Shown: positions 50,486 to 54,139 of the stretch, in pieces
How the letters are laid out: every line of letters starts with the position of its first letter
How positions within the stretch are numbered: position 1 is the first letter of the stretch
Assembly (NCBI GenBank): GCA_043825735.1
Contig: JBDRRP010000039.1
Span: 1-54,139, forward strand
DNA: 54,139 bases
Direction of reading: 5' to 3'
Origin: Pseudomonadota bacterium
Lineage (GTDB): Bacteria; Desulfobacterota; Desulfobacteria; Desulfobacterales; JBDRRP01
Position numbers and translations under genes: made by a program
Notes under the pieces: generated by a model
Told to the model about the DNA's origin: nothing
What the model saw: the letters and a program-made list of their open reading frames with translations, nothing else
The model's database searches: none

Positions 50486-52765
50486 CTATATCTGCACCTG
50501 AAGCAGTTTTTCTTTTAAATCCTTTAACGAATATGGTTTGTGCAAAAAGGCGTGAAGCTGTTCAGCGCCCTTCGTCATCATGACTTCGGACTCATCGTAG
50601 CCGCTGGACAGGATGACCGGCAGGTCGGGTTGAATTTCTCGCAAGATCGCAAGGGTCTGCCAGCCGTCCATGTCCGGCATGGTCAGATCGGTGATCACAC
50701 AGCGGACCACTTCGCGATTTTGCTTTAGCAGCTTTATCGCTTCAAATCCGCTGCCCGCCACAATGACCTCATACCCCAGAAACTTCAGCATTTTTTCCGC
50801 CATCGTGCGTACGTTTTCCTGGTCGTCCACCAGCAGCACGGTGCCGCCTTTTACCGCCGTTAGCGATTCTGCTTTTTCTTCTTCTGGCCGACGTGGGGAA
50901 TCATACGACACGATCGGCAAATAGATGCGGGCGACACTCCCGCGGCCCTGTTTGCTTTCCAATCCAATTGCACCGCCCCACGCTTTAACGACGCCCAGCG
51001 TAACGGCAAGCCCCAGTCCGCGCCCTGTAAACTTTGTCGTGAAAAAGGGATCGAATACTTTGTCCATATCCGCTTCGGCGATCCCGCAGCCGGTATCGCT
51101 GACCTCGATGCAGGCGAAATGCGCCGCTGAGGGCTCCCAACCATTGGGGGAAAGGTCTGCCTTCGGGATCCTGCCGGCCGCAATGGTTCGCACGGTCAGG
51201 GTGACCCTGCCGGTATCCTTGCCGATTGCCTCCCGGGCGTTGGTGAGCAATTGACTGAGAATTTGCCAAAACTCGGTGGCATTGGCATAAACTACGGGGC
51301 CGTCCGCCATGACATCGGTTTCCAGGACAATGCCATCGGGCAGGGTGTTTCGAAGCAGCGGCAGGTCTTTGCGAAAGACCCTGGAAAGGTCGAGTGGTTC
51401 GCACTTGCCTGAACCAAGGCCAAGATAGGACAGCATCAGACCGCTGACCTCAGCGGCCTGTCTGGAGGCTTCCAGGGCGTCGATCAAGTTCCCACGGATT
51501 AATTCTTCATCCGGCGAAATTGCCAGGGTCAATTCCAGGTTGCCCTGCACGACGCTGAGTTTGTTGTTGAAAAGGTGTGCGATGGCCCCGGCCATGCGTC
51601 CCAGGCTTTCCGCCTTTTGGGCCTTCAGGGCATGTCTTTCCAACTCCAGGCGGTGCCTTTCCGCCTCTTTGCGCGCGGAAATATCATGCGATACCCCGTA
51701 AACCCCGACGATAGCGCCGTCAGCATCTCGGATCGCCTTGACGGTGTCCTCCATCCACAGGGCATCGCCGTCTTTTGTGTAGTACTCGACTTCAATTGAG
51801 ACTGAACGATCCGGGTCCACATCCGGCGCGATATCTCGCCGAAATGTCCTGCCAGCCATTTCAACGACCCGTTGCCACGATTCGGGCACCATAATTTCCT
51901 GCAATCTGCGATGCATCATCCGATCGGGTGTGAACCCGAGTACCTTTTCGATGGAAGGGCTCATGTAGGTGGCCTTGTACTGCCGGTCGAGGGTCCAGAC
52001 GATATCGGCCATGTTCTCGGTCAGGAAGCGGTATTTTTCCTCGCTTTTCTGCAGTTTTTCTTCGGCCTTTTTACGCCGGGCGATATCCATCGCCAGCTCA
52101 CGCCGGGAGTTTTCCAATTGGGTCGTTTTTTCTTCAAGCTCCTTGTTTTGCCGGCGCAGCCGATCCCGTGCGTGTTTGACCCTGCCGGCCGTAAAGGAAG
52201 AAATATAGGCGACGATGAAAAGCAGGGCAATGACGACGGCGCTTCTGATAATCTGGGCCGACAGCGACGGGTTGAACTGGTGGTCGACCATGAGCCGTGG
52301 AAGGATGCCAAGGTCCACCAATATCACCATCGAGCCATAGCAAAGCGCGCTGAAGCTTGCGACAATGTAAGGCACTCTGCGGGGGGCCATGGCCCCGAGA
52401 TAGGTGATCAAACCGGCATAGATCGGTGTCAGGAAGGTGGCTTCGAAACCGCCGGCCGAATAAATAACACCTGTATAGCCGATCACTTCCGTCAGATTGA
52501 TAAAAAGAGAAAAGTTCGCGTAGGTCTTCTTGTCGGCAATCCGTTTGAGAACAAACAACGTCGGCAGATTCATCAAAACAAGGAACAGCACCGAGCAACT
52601 GATTCCGATCAGGTGTTCGGCCTGGATGTCATCCATCCAGTACGCAAAGAGCGCGAACAGCCACATGGCCGAAGAGGTTGCCGACCGGACGACGGCCCCC
52701 TGCACATGGGTTTTATAATGCCGCGTTCGGGAAGCCTCGGACAGCAGATTTTCAGTCGCATCCAT
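50486..52765 (-). CDS. Multi-TM PAS hybrid histidine kinase
   Basis: About 6 TMs, PAS/PAC, KAESLGRMAGAIAHLFNN, DTGCG, GRGLGL, LVDD...ITDLTMP. Confidence 0.92.
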   Translation of the reverse strand: MDATENLLSEASRTRHYKTHVQGAVVRSATSSAMWLFALFAYWMDDIQAEHLIGISCSVLFLVLMNLPTLFVLKRIADKKTYANFSLFINLTEVIGYTGVIYSAGGFEATFLTPIYAGLITYLGAMAPRRVPYIVASFSALCYGSMVILVDLGILPRLMVDHQFNPSLSAQIIRSAVVIALLFIVAYISSFTAGRVKHARDRLRRQNKELEEKTTQLENSRRELAMDIARRKKAEEKLQKSEEKYRFLTENMADIVWTLDRQYKATYMSPSIEKVLGFTPDRMMHRRLQEIMVPESWQRVVEMAGRTFRRDIAPDVDPDRSVSIEVEYYTKDGDALWMEDTVKAIRDADGAIVGVYGVSHDISARKEAERHRLELERHALKAQKAESLGRMAGAIAHLFNNKLSVVQGNLELTLAISPDEELIRGNLIDALEASRQAAEVSGLMLSYLGLGSGKCEPLDLSRVFRKDLPLLRNTLPDGIVLETDVMADGPVVYANATEFWQILSQLLTNAREAIGKDTGRVTLTVRTIAAGRIPKADLSPNGWEPSAAHFACIEVSDTGCGIAEADMDKVFDPFFTTKFTGRGLGLAVTLGVVKAWGGAIGLESKQGRGSVARIYLPIVSYDSPRRPEEEKAESLTAVKGGTVLLVDDQENVRTMAEKMLKFLGYEVIVAGSGFEAIKLLKQNREVVRCVITDLTMPDMDGWQTLAILREIQPDLPVILSSGYDESEVMMTKGAEQLHAFLHKPYSLKDLKEKLLQVQI

Positions 52766-52985
52766 ACACGCATCCCTTCAGCCGTTACGTATGATGCCAA
52801 CAAGTCATTTCCTGAAACTGTGCTTAGCTTACACTTACGGCTTCCGCATTAAAAGGGGGTCTCAATTTTAACATACTAAAAGCTGTCTCAAAATTAGGAT
52901 TTCCGTCCGAGATCGCGGTGAGGCCGAGACTCAACCCGTACGGGAAAGCAGGGGTACACGGAGAAACAGCGCGATTCCCTATAAG

Positions 52986-53014
52986 AAGGCCGCAGCCAGG
53001 CTGGCTGCGGCCTT
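52986..53014. terminator. Intrinsic terminator hairpin downstream of the tRNA 3' end
   Basis: AAGGCCGCAGCCA-GGC-TGGCTGCGGCCTT, a perfect 13-bp stem. Confidence 0.8.
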
Positions 53015-53024
53015 TTCAATTGAG

Positions 53025-53069
53025 TGGCGCGCCCGGAGGGATTCGAACCCCCGACCTACGGATCCGAAG
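53025..53069 (-). tRNA. 3' fragment of a tRNA-Arg (att site), not a complete gene
   Basis: Minus strand CTTCGGA TCCGT AGGTC GGGGG TTCGAAT CCCTC CGGGCGC GCCA; the 5' half is absent. Confidence 0.85.
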
Positions 53070-53652
53070 ACCAAAAAATGGATGGGCAAAAACACCTACA
53101 TTTACAACCACTTGGATTAACAAGAAATATCTACGTCGTTTTTGGTTTCGTTTGTTAACATTTGGAATAATTTGACCTTGACGGGCACAATTTGGGCACA
53201 GTGAGGGCGGGGGAGAATCAGTCCCCTGCCCTTTCTTTTTTGCGTTTCAGGGCTATCACAAGCCCTTACCGGCCAGAACAACCGATTAAATCCAAATGAA
53301 TCCAAATCAACTGGAATGCCCATGCGAACCGCCCATCGCTGTCCAGTCTGAAAAAATCACGCCACTGTTCCAATCAGTTCAAAAATGAAAGTGTGTGTGT
53401 CCGGTACGCTGTAATGTGCCGTTACGAAGTGACTATTCTGTCCGATCTTAGAAATAATCTCAATAGATCGCCTTCACGTTGATCCGCACACGCCCTGTAA
53501 TCAGGCCGCCGCCATCAAAACAATCTCCAGGCAATGGTAAATCATCACAGAGAAAATCGGCGCCTATTATATTGCGCCATAACTGGTTAGAAATAATAGA
53601 GGAACTCGTCGGATAATTGACGAAACGGCCCTATTTCGAGTCCCTGTTTGAT

Positions 53653-54139
53653 TCAACCACTTAGCGCAATCAGATTTTCCCCCAAGCCGTGTCGAAACAG
53701 CTCAAGCCGCGGATTAGCCTGCACCACTCCAACACCAAAGGCGGACAACTCGAACGGAAATAAAGCTCCGTGCAAAGCGATTTGTTGGAGAGGCATGCTG
53801 GATTCCGTTTGGGAATGTAACAGGGCTTCTACGATCCATGCTGTCTCCGTGTTGTTTCGGGTTTTCATGGTATGGCCCTTTGTGTAAGTCCCAACCTTTG
53901 CACCCTGCTGGAGCGCGCCGCCTTCAAAAAAGGTGCTCAGGTTATATCGAACGGAGCGGTGAACGAAATGACGATCTCCAAAACGTTCCCGGAGCCTGAC
54001 ATTGACTTCACCAGCCTGGGCTTCGCCCTGGACTCGGAGCAGTCGGCCGGTTGACTCGGCAACAGCTCCAATAAAGGGATAAGCGGCGATGCACATGCCC
54101 CAGTTTAACAAAAAGGCGCTGTCGGCATCGGGACGCACG
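53653..54139 (-). CDS. BREX BrxA-like protein, C-terminal part (5' end off-window)
   Basis: WGMCIAAYPF...GRLLRVQGE...RLRERFGDR..V.RS...GTY...LFPF pattern, recalled from type-3-like BREX BrxA proteins. Confidence 0.6.
   Translation of the reverse strand, partial: VRPDADSAFLLNWGMCIAAYPFIGAVAESTGRLLRVQGEAQAGEVNVRLRERFGDRHFVHRSVRYNLSTFFEGGALQQGAKVGTYTKGHTMKTRNNTETAWIVEALLHSQTESSMPLQQIALHGALFPFELSAFGVGVVQANPRLELFRHGLGENLIALSG

Larger units (their letters stand above)
53025..54139. mobile_element. End of an integrated genomic island extending beyond the window
   Basis: tRNA 3' fragment, AT-richer sequence beyond it, GGGCACA direct repeats (53183-53189, 53194-53200), defence-like gene. Confidence 0.7.

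Noticed and set aside
53025..53100. Functional tRNA gene
   Set aside because: The D-arm and the 5' strands of the acceptor and anticodon stems are missing

Overview
A 54 kb GC-rich bacterial window, mostly core or metabolic. A Desulfobacterota/deltaproteobacterial origin is inferred from the gene families (DUF4388, PilZ, hybrid kinases, CdaA-YbbR fusion) and was not tested. In order it carries: an AAA_14/DUF4143-type ATPase, gltDB, a PEBP-like lipoprotein, glyoxylate shunt aceBA, a PilZ protein, a DUF4388/DUF1566 protein, actinobacterial-type hisE-hisG, a CdaA-YbbR diadenylate cyclase with DUF2914, DegV, a degenerate inositol monophosphatase, a tandem binding protein with a hybrid kinase, a UbiB-like kinase, an MFS transporter, GDPD, an acyl-CoA dehydrogenase, a 9-bp VNTR, a REC-PPDK_N protein, murJ, a ROK kinase, a partner-switching operon (STAS, RsbW-like, NMT1-like binding protein, Cache-HAMP-SpoIIE), a divergent TPR-SLOG-class III cyclase, a kinase-like orphan, dapL, a Cys-less flavoprotein reductase, pgm, an internally deleted ATPase relic and a hybrid kinase. 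The right end has a 3' tRNA-Arg fragment (att site) bordering a probable defence island that ends in a BREX BrxA-like gene. The best candidate for an undescribed system is 37.7-44.9 kb (partner switch, orphan NMT1 sensor, SLOG-cyclase, kinase-like protein). Family calls come from recognised motifs; no searches were run.
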